A stretch of DNA of 62,949 nt, filler included, from Trichomonas gallinae (taxonomy: Eukaryota): NCBI GenBank assembly GCA_008369845.1. It is 6 parts of 6 records of this genome, joined end to end, with 100 filler letters (N's around TTAATTAATTAA, not from the genome) between each part and the next. Parts side by side here need not be neighbours in the genome. Positions count along the whole stretch, not along the records: positions 6,634 to 33,959 come from MRSU01001560.1; positions 34,060 to 43,649 come from MRSU01001562.1; 4 more parts are not named here. One strand, given 5' to 3'. Numbering within the stretch: the stretch's first letter is position 1; the number at the start of each line of letters is the position of its first letter. The notes under the pieces are model-generated. The model did no database searches, was not told the origin of the DNA, and was given only the letters and a program-made list of their open reading frames with translations. Of this stretch, positions 22,627-34,157 are shown one piece after another. Both the position numbers and the translations under genes were made by a program.

Positions 22627-23130
22627 ATGTTTGCATTTTTAACAAGTTTGTCTGTTTCGAAGAAAATTGATGTCGAATTTTCAGTTAAATTTACATCATC
22701 ATGCCCCAATTCCGGACAAGCATCATATCTAATTATCGATTATGACGACACAAATTTAATTCCAGCTTTACTCAAGAATGTTACGCACGTTCGTGTTAAG
22801 CCTGGCATGCACCACGTTGAAGTCACTCATCCATGGTGCAACTTTTATCCACTTAACTTCGAAGTTAACGAAGAAGGACAAATTAAAGCTCAAATGAACG
22901 GAACAGTATACACTAAAATGCCTATTCCTATCAAGCACCCTCAAATGGTTGATATTACAAACTCTTTCTCATTGCTTTCAATGGGTTTACAACCAATGTT
23001 ACTTATTGGTGGCGCTATGTTCCTTTTCAAGAAGATTTGCTCGCCAGAAAAAATACAGCAGTTGCAGCAAAATATGCAAGAGCAGCAGAGAAAGCTTCAA
23101 GAAGAGCAGCGCAAGAGGAAGAACGATTAA
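22627..23130 (+). CDS. EMC7: ER membrane protein complex subunit 7-like
   Basis: Signal-like N-terminus. VKPGMHHVEVTHPWCNFYPLNFEVNEEGQIKA resembles the EMC7 beta-sandwich. A single TM with the PMLL motif is followed by a Gln-rich helical tail. Confidence 0.6.
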   Translation: MFAFLTSLSVSKKIDVEFSVKFTSSCPNSGQASYLIIDYDDTNLIPALLKNVTHVRVKPGMHHVEVTHPWCNFYPLNFEVNEEGQIKAQMNGTVYTKMPIPIKHPQMVDITNSFSLLSMGLQPMLLIGGAMFLFKKICSPEKIQQLQQNMQEQQRKLQEEQRKRKND

Positions 23131-23750
23131 TTGCATCCATTGCAGATGGATATGTATTATGCATTACTAGAAGTTATTATTTTGATAAATAAAAATATGA
23201 TTATATTGATTATCAAAATTATTTTTTTGTATCGAAACAAAATTTTCTAAACCCAAACGGAAAATAATCAACTCCCCTGAAAACAAAGCTAAATCGCAAA
23301 TATCTCGTTTGTAACTTTAAAAATCAAAATTTATATATTATATTTAGCGCTATGATAACGAGGAATTTTACATTAATCTTGATACATATTATGTTGATGA
23401 TGCTATAGGCATTCTAGTATCATATCAACAGCATGATATGTTAAAAAAATGAAATATCCTAATAGAATCTCGAATTACCCAATCTTTTAATTTACCATTT
23501 TGTAGTATTTATAAACTTTATCATGTTTTTCTAAATTCGAAGGATTTCTGAGGATATTCTTTATCAAAAATGATTTTATTTCATATATATGATGTGTTAT
23601 TAATATATAACTATTTGGCAAATTTAATTTTTTTGATTCTCATGAAAAATCGTTATTTTTGAAGGAAACTTGCTAGAAAATTAATTTCAAGAAAACAAAA
23701 ATCAATTTCGGTGTCGGCCCCTTTTTTAAAAAATCACTTTCAATACTTAT

Positions 23751-24785
23751 ATGGAGGCTTTATTTAAACCAATAACAATCAATGCTACAACATTACCAAA
23801 CCGATTCATGCGATCTGCTACGTATATGCATGCGTGTGATTCGAATGGATTCCCAAAATCAATCCTATTAAAATATTATCGCGATCTTGCTGATGGTAAA
23901 ATGGGTCTTATTGTTCCTGGATACGTTCATGTACAGAAATCTGGAAAGGCTGTACCAGGCCAAGGCGGTCTTACAACAGATAAACATGCCGAAGCATGGC
24001 GAGATACAGTAAAATATATCCATGATCAGGGATCAAAGTTTATGTTTCAGCTTGCTGATGGTCGCAATATCAGACAAGGACTGATTTTTAGAAGAGATTT
24101 ATCAGCAATTGAAATTTCGGAAATTATTGATAATATGAGACTCGCAGCCAAAAGGGCTCAGGACATTGGAGCAGATGGTGTAGAAATACATGCTGCTCAT
24201 GGCTATTTAATCTCGCAATTTCTATCTCCGTACACAAACAAACGTACTGATCGCTATGGTGGCTCGCCAGAAAACAGACAGCGAATTTTATCAGAGATTG
24301 TTGCAGCAATTCGTCAAGAATGCGGCAAAGATTTCTTAATTGCAGCAAAAATCAATGGTTCTGACTGCAGAGAAGGAGGAACTACAGTAGACGATGCAGC
24401 AGCAACAGTGGCTACAATCAAAGATGTTAATCTCTGGGAAATATCTTGCGGTATGAATGATCCAAGAACAACTATTCGCTGGAACAGTAAATGGATGACA
24501 AAGAAAGGCTATGAAAAGAAGATTGGCTACAATATCGACTATGTTCAAACAATTCGTAAGAATACTGATGCAAAAATTGCTGTTGTTGGCGGAATGAGAG
24601 CAAAAGGAGCAATGCTTCGAGCAGTCAAATCAGGTGCTGATCTTATCTCGATGAGTCGCCCAGCTTTAGCAGATCGACACGTTGTCAAACATTTGATGGA
24701 AGGAAAGGATGTAAATTGCATCGGATGCAACAAGTGCTGCCTCCATATACTCAGTTCACCGATTAGATGCTACGTTTATAATTAA
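23751..24785 (+). CDS. NADH:flavin oxidoreductase / old yellow enzyme family protein
   Basis: LFKPITI...LPNRFMRSAT, GADGVEIHAAHGYLISQFLSPYTNKRTDRYGGSPENR, and a C-terminal CIGCNKC. Confidence 0.92.
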   Translation: MEALFKPITINATTLPNRFMRSATYMHACDSNGFPKSILLKYYRDLADGKMGLIVPGYVHVQKSGKAVPGQGGLTTDKHAEAWRDTVKYIHDQGSKFMFQLADGRNIRQGLIFRRDLSAIEISEIIDNMRLAAKRAQDIGADGVEIHAAHGYLISQFLSPYTNKRTDRYGGSPENRQRILSEIVAAIRQECGKDFLIAAKINGSDCREGGTTVDDAAATVATIKDVNLWEISCGMNDPRTTIRWNSKWMTKKGYEKKIGYNIDYVQTIRKNTDAKIAVVGGMRAKGAMLRAVKSGADLISMSRPALADRHVVKHLMEGKDVNCIGCNKCCLHILSSPIRCYVYN

Positions 24786-25460
24786 TCAAAATTTAAATCT
24801 CAACTAATCGACTAAAAATTGATGTGTTCCCTCTTCTAAGCATGTTAACAAATTATTCCTACTAGTGGTAATCTTCGATTGTTTGCAGAATCGATAAAAA
24901 GATAAAATATTTTCAAATCAATATAAAATGACTATGGCTTATCTAGAAACGACATTGAAAACAATGGCCGAAAGAAAAAATTGCTTTTGTGAAGTCTTTC
25001 ACAATTTGATTTAGTATAAAATTTGCAATGATTTATATAAATTTATATAAATTATAATAATAACGATGAGAATTGATAAAGAAACAAAAAATAACAATTT
25101 TACAATTTTGAATTATTACGCATCAAAATGACAATCACTGGATAATGCTCAATATGCTTCGTCTATGATTATTTTTTGAGAGTAAAACTGTTGATTATTT
25201 TGTAAAGGCTTCAAAATTTTGTGAGATTATATTCAAATTCTAAATATTGATATTTTATTTCAAACATCATATTATTAATCAGCTATTAACAAGGGTGAAT
25301 ATCAATCTAATTTTTTTGATTGACGATTAATTCTGGAAATGCGAAGCTTATCGACCTATCTAACGTATTATGAGGACGTCGGAAAAAATAGCCAATATCA
25401 CAATTAAACATATAGAGGTTTAAGAACAACAAGTAAAAAGGATAATTTAAAAAATTCGCT

Positions 25461-25922
25461 TCATATTGTGGTTTCCGTAAGAGGTGGATTAAGAAATTCT
25501 AGAATAGTAGATGGATTTGTCTCTTTTGGTAGTTCAATTGGTTTCGATTTGGCTTCGACGGGGGCAGGTTGATTCGTCCGCATTGATTGTTTTTTAGCTT
25601 CGCCGTATTGTAAATATCTGTACCATCGATTTTTAACACTGTTTGAATGCCTGCCCTGCAAAAATTCAGATATTTCGCACCACTTTGGTCCAAGACGTGA
25701 GTATAGTTCGACCAAAAGAGCATCTTCTTCATCAGTCCATGGATCAGTTCGATAAGCCTTCCTGAGATAGATATTGTACCGCTCTTTGCATTGCCTTGCA
25801 GAAAAAGATTTCATTAAGTCTGAAATTTTTGCCCAGTCGTCTTCCCCGTATTGTGCCACAAGGGATTTGAGTTTAGCATCATCCTCAGGACTGAATTTTT
25901 TCCTAGATGACTGGCGTAACAT
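25461..25922 (-). CDS. Two-repeat Myb-like DNA-binding protein
   Basis: KFSPEDDAKL...YGEDDW...ARQCKERYNIYL and PWTDEEDALL...GPKW...GRHSNSVKNRW. Confidence 0.92.
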   Translation of the reverse strand: MLRQSSRKKFSPEDDAKLKSLVAQYGEDDWAKISDLMKSFSARQCKERYNIYLRKAYRTDPWTDEEDALLVELYSRLGPKWCEISEFLQGRHSNSVKNRWYRYLQYGEAKKQSMRTNQPAPVEAKSKPIELPKETNPSTILEFLNPPLTETTI

Positions 25923-26888
25923 TTTAAAAGGAAAAATAATACAGTCACTTTTTAATTTTGAATAATATTTCAGAATAAACCATTATTTCTTTTTAATAGT
26001 ATATATACATATGGATATTCTTATTGCCAAAAGCACGTTAATTATGCACATTCATTTTTTTGATTCCATTTTTTTCTCACATTTTGACGGTTTTCGAGTC
26101 AATAATTTAAAGATATAGTATTACAATATTCTACAAGAGACATGTTCTCAATATAAAAGCATCGAAATAATTCAATTCAATTTTTCATTTTAGCTTTCAA
26201 AATTGAATTGATATAATTAAAAATTTATTTATATATTGTTATCATCAAATTATACAATATTTTTGTTAAAAAATTTTGTATTTTACTTTTCTTCCTGAAA
26301 ATTATAAAATTAAACGATTAATATAATTGCAAACGTCAAATATACAGATTATAAATGCAAATTATGAAAATCTAGACGGATAAACTTAACATTTTTGATA
26401 AAAGCTTTTCATTACATCTGATATTTTTGGATTGTTATTCTACATCTAAATCTATATACAAAAATCACGTTTATGTTGTCGAACTTGACAGTAGGACGTC
26501 AAGTTAACAAAAGTGCTCCTTGATTATGACTCCTCCTAATATACAGATATTATACTACAGTGCACTCGGATATCTATTAGATCCAAGTTAATAAACCTCG
26601 AGAAATTCTAATTTTCGATCTGGACCATAAAATTTGGCTTAACTCGATAAAAATTTACACATTATAACATGTGCCAATCTTATTACAATAAAAATCGCAT
26701 GAGAGATGCTCTTATTTGCTCCAAATTTAGCTTGAATCTCACTATTTTCGCTTTTATTCATTAATAAAACCTAATTACCAATCATTTATTACCAAAAACC
26801 AAGATTTATGCTTTTTCTTAACCGAAATCAAAGGGTCTAAATACATAAAACAGGGGAATTAAAAATTTTTGCACCGGATTTAAATTTA

Positions 26889-27461
26889 ATGAGCGTCGAA
26901 ACTTATTGCTCAAAGATAGTTTTTATTGGTGATGCCGGTGTTGGAAAGACGACTCTTATCAACAGCCTCGTTTGTAGGAATAGAAACGAAGTAAATTTCG
27001 ATACTCAATCAACAATCGGGCCGACAAACTCTAAATTGACTATAGATGATCGTTCTTTTATTCTTTGGGATACAGCTGGACAAGAAAGATTCAGATCTGT
27101 TGCTCCCTTGGTGATGAGAGGAGCAGATTTAATTTTTATTGTTTGTTCAGTTGATATACTCACTTCTTTGGATGGATACAGATTTTGGCTTCAAACTGTG
27201 CAAAAACAAGAGCCAAACACCAAAGTTAAAGTTTTACTTAATAAATTGGATTTAGAAACACATGATCTTACATATGAAATGGTGGTGTATGAAGCCCAAA
27301 AGAATAACATTGATGTCATTGGCGTTAGTGCTGTTACCGGTCTCGGAATTGATCTGATAATAAACGCAATTCAAACTTCACAGTCAGAATATGAAGTTGT
27401 TGATGAAGTCAAGGTCAATGTTCCATCATCTCAGCCAAATCCTTTTTGTTGCAAGATTTAG
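26889..27461 (+). CDS. Divergent Rab-family small GTPase
   Basis: GDAGVGKT, STIG, WDTAGQERFRS, NKLD, SA motif and a C-terminal CCKI prenylation signal. Confidence 0.92.
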   Translation: MSVETYCSKIVFIGDAGVGKTTLINSLVCRNRNEVNFDTQSTIGPTNSKLTIDDRSFILWDTAGQERFRSVAPLVMRGADLIFIVCSVDILTSLDGYRFWLQTVQKQEPNTKVKVLLNKLDLETHDLTYEMVVYEAQKNNIDVIGVSAVTGLGIDLIINAIQTSQSEYEVVDEVKVNVPSSQPNPFCCKI

Positions 27462-28714
27462 AAATATTATTATTGTTTTTTTGTTAGTAAATGAGTTTAT
27501 GATAATTAAAAATGATCATAGCTCCCCATCTCAAAGTGCGGCTGTGTATTTTTATATTCTATTTTTCATTTTAGTTTGGCAAAATATATATAAATAAAGC
27601 TCTATTTATTTTGCATGATATTAATGAGCACCAGTTTCTATTGCTTAGATATTACACTATTGGAATAAGTAAATATATTTATTTTTCAATTGGAATTATT
27701 CTAATTATTATTTGATAAATCCATATGACTCTGCATGATTAAAAAGATAAATTCTTGTATAAGTTAGTTTACAACAGTAGAGTAGTGACCAACTTAAAGG
27801 TGTTGAAATATAATCATTTTATAACAACAGTTGTTGAATTTTATTATAATCTTCAATTCACATTATGCTAGCATACTTGATGCTGAAACTGGGTTGAAAT
27901 CCATGACTCTTTGTAAATCATTGTATGGCACCTGCATTAACTAGAATGCTACTTAATTGAAGCAATAATATGTGCATTAATGCAAAGAATAATGTGGCAC
28001 AGCCTTCAATGAGAATGACAATTAAGTGAAGCAATAACATGTGCATTACTGTGAAGAATTACGTGACTTCTACATTGATGTAATTTAAGTGAATCAATGG
28101 TATGTATATACATATTGCTGCAATAAAATTATGGATGCTTTTATTGAGGAGAAAAAGAGTTTTAGCGGCATAATTTCAATGATTATTCTCATACATTATC
28201 TCTTTATTTTCCAAAATACATGCAATGAGTCTTATAGAGAGACTCCAAAGCAATTTCATTGGATTTATCATGTGATTTTACTTGATTGGTATGATACACA
28301 TTTCCACTGGATCATTTCACAACCGAATTCGAGAAAAAACACATAATTTTTGCAGGAGAAAATATGCCCATCAATAGAAAAACAACAAACACAAAACGGC
28401 TGAAATTTCTTGATCATAAATATAATCCTGGAAAGTTTAAAAGCAAAAGACCGATTTATTAAAAATTTTAAAACACTGGATAGGCAAGAAATCTCAACAA
28501 AATATCTAATGGACAGCGATGGAGTCATTCCTTATATTATTCACCAATACGACAGAAAAAAAGAATCACACACGTTCCCACGCGTTCGCTGCTCAGCACT
28601 TGGGAAGTGTTATGTGATGACTTACGCGAAATATCATTGTTTACAGAAATTGTCGAGTATTCATTTTTTTTCCAAAATACCACATTTTGATATCATCAAA
28701 AACAAGGACAAGTT

Positions 28715-28900
28715 TTGATCGAGGCTTCAGGTAGTAATAATATTGGAGTTCTAAGATTCATTCTACAGTTCCCGGAATAGATATAATCGCACAAAATGAT
28801 AAAGATGAAACAGCTTTGACTTTTGCTTCATTAATTAATCATATAGATGTTATCAAGCTCCTTCTCACTGTTCCTGGAATAAATGTAAACTTAAAAAATG
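28715..28900 (+). pseudogene. Ankyrin-repeat pseudogene fragment; decayed sequence probably extends upstream to ~27900
   Basis: NDKDETALTFASLINHIDVIKLLLTVPGINVN, preceded by a frameshifted repeat (..LQFP/GIDI..). Confidence 0.7.
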
Positions 28901-29314
28901 ACTTTCTCGGACTATATAAATAGAGTGATATTATTTTGCTTTTACATTTTTATGTTCAATATAATAATGACTAAAAGCAGAAACATTCACTCTCTCATAG
29001 TTAACAAAAGATCATAGTAAACATCCTACTGCTTTCTACAAACTAATATGATAAATGGAATGTGTTATCAACAAAGATATATTCCAGTTACGATTAAAAT
29101 TTCAAAAAATTAAGACTGAATATTACGAGTTTTTATCCATATCATTTGATATGAATCTATGTGGCTAATATGTTAATCAATATATAGGATTTGCATCTTA
29201 TAATTTTTTTGATTCAAAATGATAAAAAGTTGTAAGTAATCTGATGTATGAAATTTATTATTTTGATTATATATTTCATGTTAATATTATTTTTTTATAT
29301 TCCATCCTCTACGA

Positions 29315-29536
29315 ATGTTATCTGTAAATCTAACTGTCGGTATTCTTATTGCAATATGCAGCATGTGGGCCATGATACTCGGATTGCTGACATATTGTGT
29401 TCTAAGAAAGATAGAAAAAGAGACAGATGTGGATTTGCTCTTTCAAACTTCATCTAATTACGGGAATGAGCAGCTAGGCGAATCAAATAGGGATACACTT
29501 CATCTTACATTCAGTGCTGTTGATTTCTTCAAATGA
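29315..29536 (+). CDS. Small single-pass membrane protein (73 aa), hypothetical
   Basis: ATG-started ORF with an N-terminal hydrophobic helix (LTVGILIAICSMWAMILGLLTYCVL), then RK and a polar tail. More GC-rich than its flanks. Confidence 0.5.
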   Translation: MLSVNLTVGILIAICSMWAMILGLLTYCVLRKIEKETDVDLLFQTSSNYGNEQLGESNRDTLHLTFSAVDFFK

Positions 29537-29915
29537 TAATTCAATCACAAAATTAAACATTAAGAAATACAGTTTCCATTATATTATAGCCAAGAAATGA
29601 TTATAAAATGGGTTGTGCTTCGAAAAACCGAAATTTCGTTTTATTGCTATTTCAATTGATTAAACTTACGTCAAAATAACCATACAACTGCAATTTAGAG
29701 GTATTATATGCTAAGTATAATCATTCCAAAAATCAATTTCTCTTTATTCAATTTTCAACATATCAAATTGGATATTGCAATCATTTGGATATATTTAATT
29801 GCAGTAATGTAATCAAATATTGACATGTTAAACCTAATATACATTAAAAATAAAGTGTTGGATCGAAAAATATCTTGATTATATAAACAAACAACAGTTT
29901 ACAAACAAATATAAA

Positions 29916-30917
29916 TCAGAAAGTGTCAATCTCGCGCTTTCTATACATCAATTTAGTTTTAACTGTTCCTATTTCTTTAATTCGCGGATGATATTCGAAA
30001 GATGGCATTCTATGGCGTGGTTGTAAAACAGGAAGGGATGATTCATATGTCTTTCGAGGATTTATCGGCTTTAAAACTGAATTTTGTCTAATTTGCTGAC
30101 TCGCAAAAAATTTCATTAATTCTGTGCTTGATGGTCTAACACTGGGGTCATAAACAAGTGCACGTCTTATAGCTTCACCTATGATCCCTGTATCTTCGAC
30201 AATAATATCTAATGCGCCATGTGACAGTAAACTCACAACCTGAGCATCGCTCTTGAAGTCACTAAACGGAAAATTGCCTGAAACAAGCAAATTCATGATA
30301 ATTCCGAAAGACCAAATATCTGCTTTCGTCCCATCATAAGTATTGCATCTAATAATCTCAGGAGCCATGTACACAGTCGTTCCTACGAGTGAATGCAAAT
30401 GGGCAGAGTTTTCTCTTGATAATCCGAAATCAATCAATTTTGGATGGTAATTATCATCCAATAATATGTTTTCTGGCTTCAGATCTCTATGAGAAACACC
30501 TCTCATATGTAAATATTGCAATGCTGACAATAATTCTGTAGCAATCATAATTTTTCTTTCGTAGCTGTAAGTATCATAGTTTCTGACGAACATAAGCACA
30601 TCTCCGTTATGTACATACTCCATGACGATTAGTATATATTCAATTTCGTATATAATGTCGTAGACTTTAACAATGTTCGGATGGTTAAACCTTAGACTGA
30701 GTCTCAGTTCGTTTTCTAGGTAGCTCATTAGATTGTTTTTAACGATTTCATCGCGGTTAATGATTTTAATTGCAACTTGTTCATTAGTTTTAATATTTTC
30801 TGCAAGGAACACAACAGCAAAGCCTCCTTTGCCGATCTCTTTGATCAGTCTGTACTTGGAGTTCAAATTGCCAAGCTTCAGATTGTAATTATCAACACTC
30901 ATTCCATTGCTTTCCAT
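29916..30917 (-). CDS. CAMK-group Ser/Thr protein kinase
   Basis: GKGGFA, VAIK, HRDLKPEN, DFG, APE, DIWSFG. Confidence 0.93.
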   Translation of the reverse strand: MESNGMSVDNYNLKLGNLNSKYRLIKEIGKGGFAVVFLAENIKTNEQVAIKIINRDEIVKNNLMSYLENELRLSLRFNHPNIVKVYDIIYEIEYILIVMEYVHNGDVLMFVRNYDTYSYERKIMIATELLSALQYLHMRGVSHRDLKPENILLDDNYHPKLIDFGLSRENSAHLHSLVGTTVYMAPEIIRCNTYDGTKADIWSFGIIMNLLVSGNFPFSDFKSDAQVVSLLSHGALDIIVEDTGIIGEAIRRALVYDPSVRPSSTELMKFFASQQIRQNSVLKPINPRKTYESSLPVLQPRHRMPSFEYHPRIKEIGTVKTKLMYRKREIDTF

Positions 30918-31003
30918 AATAAAGTATTTTTTTGAAGGACTCCAAAGAAAAAGAAAAAATTTGAAAAAGAAAGAAAAATTTTACAATTTATTAGAAGTTC
31001 ACT

Positions 31004-31276
31004 GGTAACACATATGAGTAATTATTTTCCGATTAAATTTTTTTTGAATAACAAAAGAAAATTTTTTACAATAAAAATTATGCAGCAATAAATATATTCG
31101 TTTATTTTCTGATGAGAATTTTTTTTTTTTCGAAAAAAAAAAATTAAAATTGAATAGGAATTATGCGGTAACACTTGTAATGGATTATTTTCCGATTAGA
31201 AAAAAAATATTTTTAAATTTGAATGAATAAAGAATTTTTTTTAATATTTTATGTTATAATAAATTATTTCCCGATT
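31004..31276. promoter_or_regulatory. Triplicated ATTATTT(T/C)CCGATTA motif upstream of the kinase gene
   Basis: Copies at 31021-31035, 31184-31198 and 31262-31276. The first two are preceded by GGTAACAC at the same spacing. Confidence 0.45.
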
Positions 31277-32073
31277 AGAAAAAATTGTGACTGTAAAAAT
31301 TCAATGTGATTCACAAAATTTGGTTTTGATTGTTTTTCTTAATCAACACACAATAAGAGTTAATATTAACATATCAGTTTTAGAAAAGTGTCAAAGTTTA
31401 TTTTTGAAGTATTATCACTTTTTATTTGATCAACATTCTTTTTGTACTCATCATATAGAATTAAATTTAAATACATGAAAATGTTGAAAACCATTCTCAG
31501 CGCCTGTGAATTAACGCATAAATCCATGCAAACATAACAAAATCTCATGAAATTCATTATTTGCACTCAAACAAAAATTATTGAAATTCACTATAATTCT
31601 AAAAATTATCACTATATTATTAATACCCATACACTATACATTGAGTTCTTTTCAAAGAACCCTTTCAAAAGAGAATTTGCGTTGTTTCCATGACTACATT
31701 TCAATGATTAATTAAAAGATACATTTCATTTCACAATCAAAACATATATAACCATTAGTGCATTCAGTTTTCAACTATGAAATGCAATAAAATACATTTT
31801 AATAGACAGTGCGATTGCAAGTTGTTAATTCAATCTGAAATAGACACAACTCACATAAAATCCTTGATAATTACTACAAATATAATTATATTTTTGAAAT
31901 TATAGCCTCTGAAACCCTGCATTAAATGTGATAATTTTTTATAAACTGAACACTACAATAAACATGATAAATAGATGTATTCACTACTATATTTTACAGT
32001 GGTTGAGTGAAATATAGTTTTTTAAACAATAATATTTATTGATAGAAAATACATGTATAAATATAACAAATAA

Positions 32074-33045
32074 CTATAATCTCTTCCTAAACCTGATCAT
32101 ATTGGCAACTCTTAGAGCCTCTGTATTGCTGTGTGGAGTGTCGGATTCTTTCTTTTTCAGATGCAATCTTGGTAATTTCGTCTTATTGACCTGCTTAGAC
32201 TGCATTTCTATGCGGCTGTTGTTTTCTCTCGTCAATCTGCGCTCTTCAATCATTTTAAGAAGCTCGTCTGCCGATGGCCTCTCTTTGGCTTCGAAAGTCA
32301 AGCATTTTCGGATCAAATCGCCGAGTAAGTAGCCGTCCTCGACCTTTATGTCTATGTTATTCGAAGAGATCATCTTGATGAGCGTCGCGTCGTTCGCGAT
32401 GCTGTTCCATGGAAAGCGCAGTGTTGCGACGAGATGCATCACGATTCCGAAAGACCAAATATCGGCCTTTCTGGCGTCGTAAGTATTGCTGTTTATGATT
32501 TCAGGAGCAAGGTAAGCAGGAGTTCCGCAGAATGTTTTTGAGCTGGAAGAATTTTCACGAGCCATTCCAAAATCGACGATCTTGACAGTGTTGTTTTCGT
32601 CAATTAGGATATTTTCTGGCTTAATGTCTCTGTGTGCGATACCTCTGTTGTGTAAATATGATAATGCTGATAAAATTTGCAATCCAATTGAAATTTGATC
32701 GTGGAGAGAAATGTAGTCCATGTTTTCCAGCATTGACTGCAAATCACCTTTCTTAACATACTCCATAACGATCATTATTTCCGCTTTTTCATATATGATT
32801 TCGTAAACTTTGATAATGTTGGGGTGTTTTAGTCTTGTGCAGAGTCTGAGCTCATTGTCCAAGTATATTAATGTGTTTTTCTGAGCGACATCCTCTCGTG
32901 AAATGATTTTTATAGCAACTTGTTCATTATTTTTCGTATTAACTGCTAAAACCACCCTTCCAGAGACCCCACTTCCGAGCTCTTTAATGACTTCATAGTT
33001 TTTAATCATTTGCGGAAGATGAGAATCAGTTTTAGAATCAATCAT
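32074..33045 (-). CDS. CAMK-group Ser/Thr protein kinase, tandem paralogue of 29916-30917
   Basis: GSGVSG, VAIK, HRDIKPEN, DFG, TFCGTPAYLAPE. Shares NEQVAIKII..YL.NELRL..R..HPNI.KVY.IIYE with its neighbour. Confidence 0.93.
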   Translation of the reverse strand: MIDSKTDSHLPQMIKNYEVIKELGSGVSGRVVLAVNTKNNEQVAIKIISREDVAQKNTLIYLDNELRLCTRLKHPNIIKVYEIIYEKAEIMIVMEYVKKGDLQSMLENMDYISLHDQISIGLQILSALSYLHNRGIAHRDIKPENILIDENNTVKIVDFGMARENSSSSKTFCGTPAYLAPEIINSNTYDARKADIWSFGIVMHLVATLRFPWNSIANDATLIKMISSNNIDIKVEDGYLLGDLIRKCLTFEAKERPSADELLKMIEERRLTRENNSRIEMQSKQVNKTKLPRLHLKKKESDTPHSNTEALRVANMIRFRKRL

Positions 33046-33959
33046 AATAAATAAAAATTTTTTTTATCTAAAATTTGAATCTAATGAAATTTACCATTAA
33101 TCATGTATTATGGAGCTTTTTAAATCAAGATTTAAATTGTATAGAAAACTGAAATCGGAAGAAAACAGCATAAAACATGTAATAGAGCAATGTTTATAAA
33201 ATGGAGCTGTAGAATTTGTGATCACATAATTATTTTTTCAATGGATCATTTTTATCAACAAACATATATATACAATGTAGAAAGTATTTTTTACACGAGA
33301 TAAATTGAAACTATTTTAATTCTCTGAAAATTAGTACGTAATCCATTGAAAATATATTCGCTCAATTTTCAAATCTTTCCAGTTCTAATCATATATCTAT
33401 TCCATATAATAATTTCCGAAATTTTTCAGTTTTGAATAGAATAAATTCCTTTGTCTCACTTATCAGTTTCAATCCAAAATACTACTTCTTTCATGGTATT
33501 GATACTATTCGAAGTTTTCTTAGAATTTATGTCTCTTTTTTATCATTCATTTCGTTTCACCTAGGCTTTTTGGTTCAGAGAATAGATTCAAATAGCCTAA
33601 TATAATTGTATTTTTAATATAAATTTCCTTGATATATCATATCAGATTAACATTCTCTACTTTTCAATGATAAATTCACTTTTCTATTGCTAAACATTAT
33701 AATGTGTCATGTAGATTTCGAACGTATCATTAGCTTGTATTATTACACACCCATTGTAAAGTTATAGTTTTATTCTGAGCAGCGACTTTTTCACTTGGTG
33801 TTAATATTGATAGGATTAACTGTACAATCGCTGTAAATAATTGCGTTGTGTAGTATATAGATATAGCTATTTATTCTACATAGTAGTATATGATGCGGGC
33901 TACTTGTCATTCTAGATATAGAGGATGTATCCCAACAACGATATTTAGACTACATATCC

Positions 33960-34059
33960 NNNNNNNNNNNNNNNNNNNNNNNNNNNNNNNNNNNNNNNNN
34001 NNNTTAATTAATTAANNNNNNNNNNNNNNNNNNNNNNNNNNNNNNNNNNNNNNNNNNNN
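33960..34059. other. Artificial contig linker
   Basis: N44-TTAATTAATTAA-N44. Confidence 0.97.
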
Positions 34060-34157
34060 CATAAGTCAGGTCTGAAAAGTGACAATTTTTTCAATACTAC
34101 TCATTGAATTATTCTATGAGAGTTATCAAATTTTTGGCCGAACCTGACTTTTGAAAC
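34060..34157. mobile_element. ~100-bp MITE-like element (left end clipped by the gap)
   Basis: Starts CATAAGTCAGGT and ends ACCTGACTTTTGAAAC (inverted repeat of GTTTCATAAGTCAGGT). The first ~42 bp recur at 62909-62949. Confidence 0.7.

Noticed and set aside
26476..26580. 8-bp hairpin AACTTGAC/GTCAAGTT and a TACAGTGCACTCGG Tc1/pogo-like end
   Set aside because: No partner terminus found nearby, and the stem is short enough to be chance.
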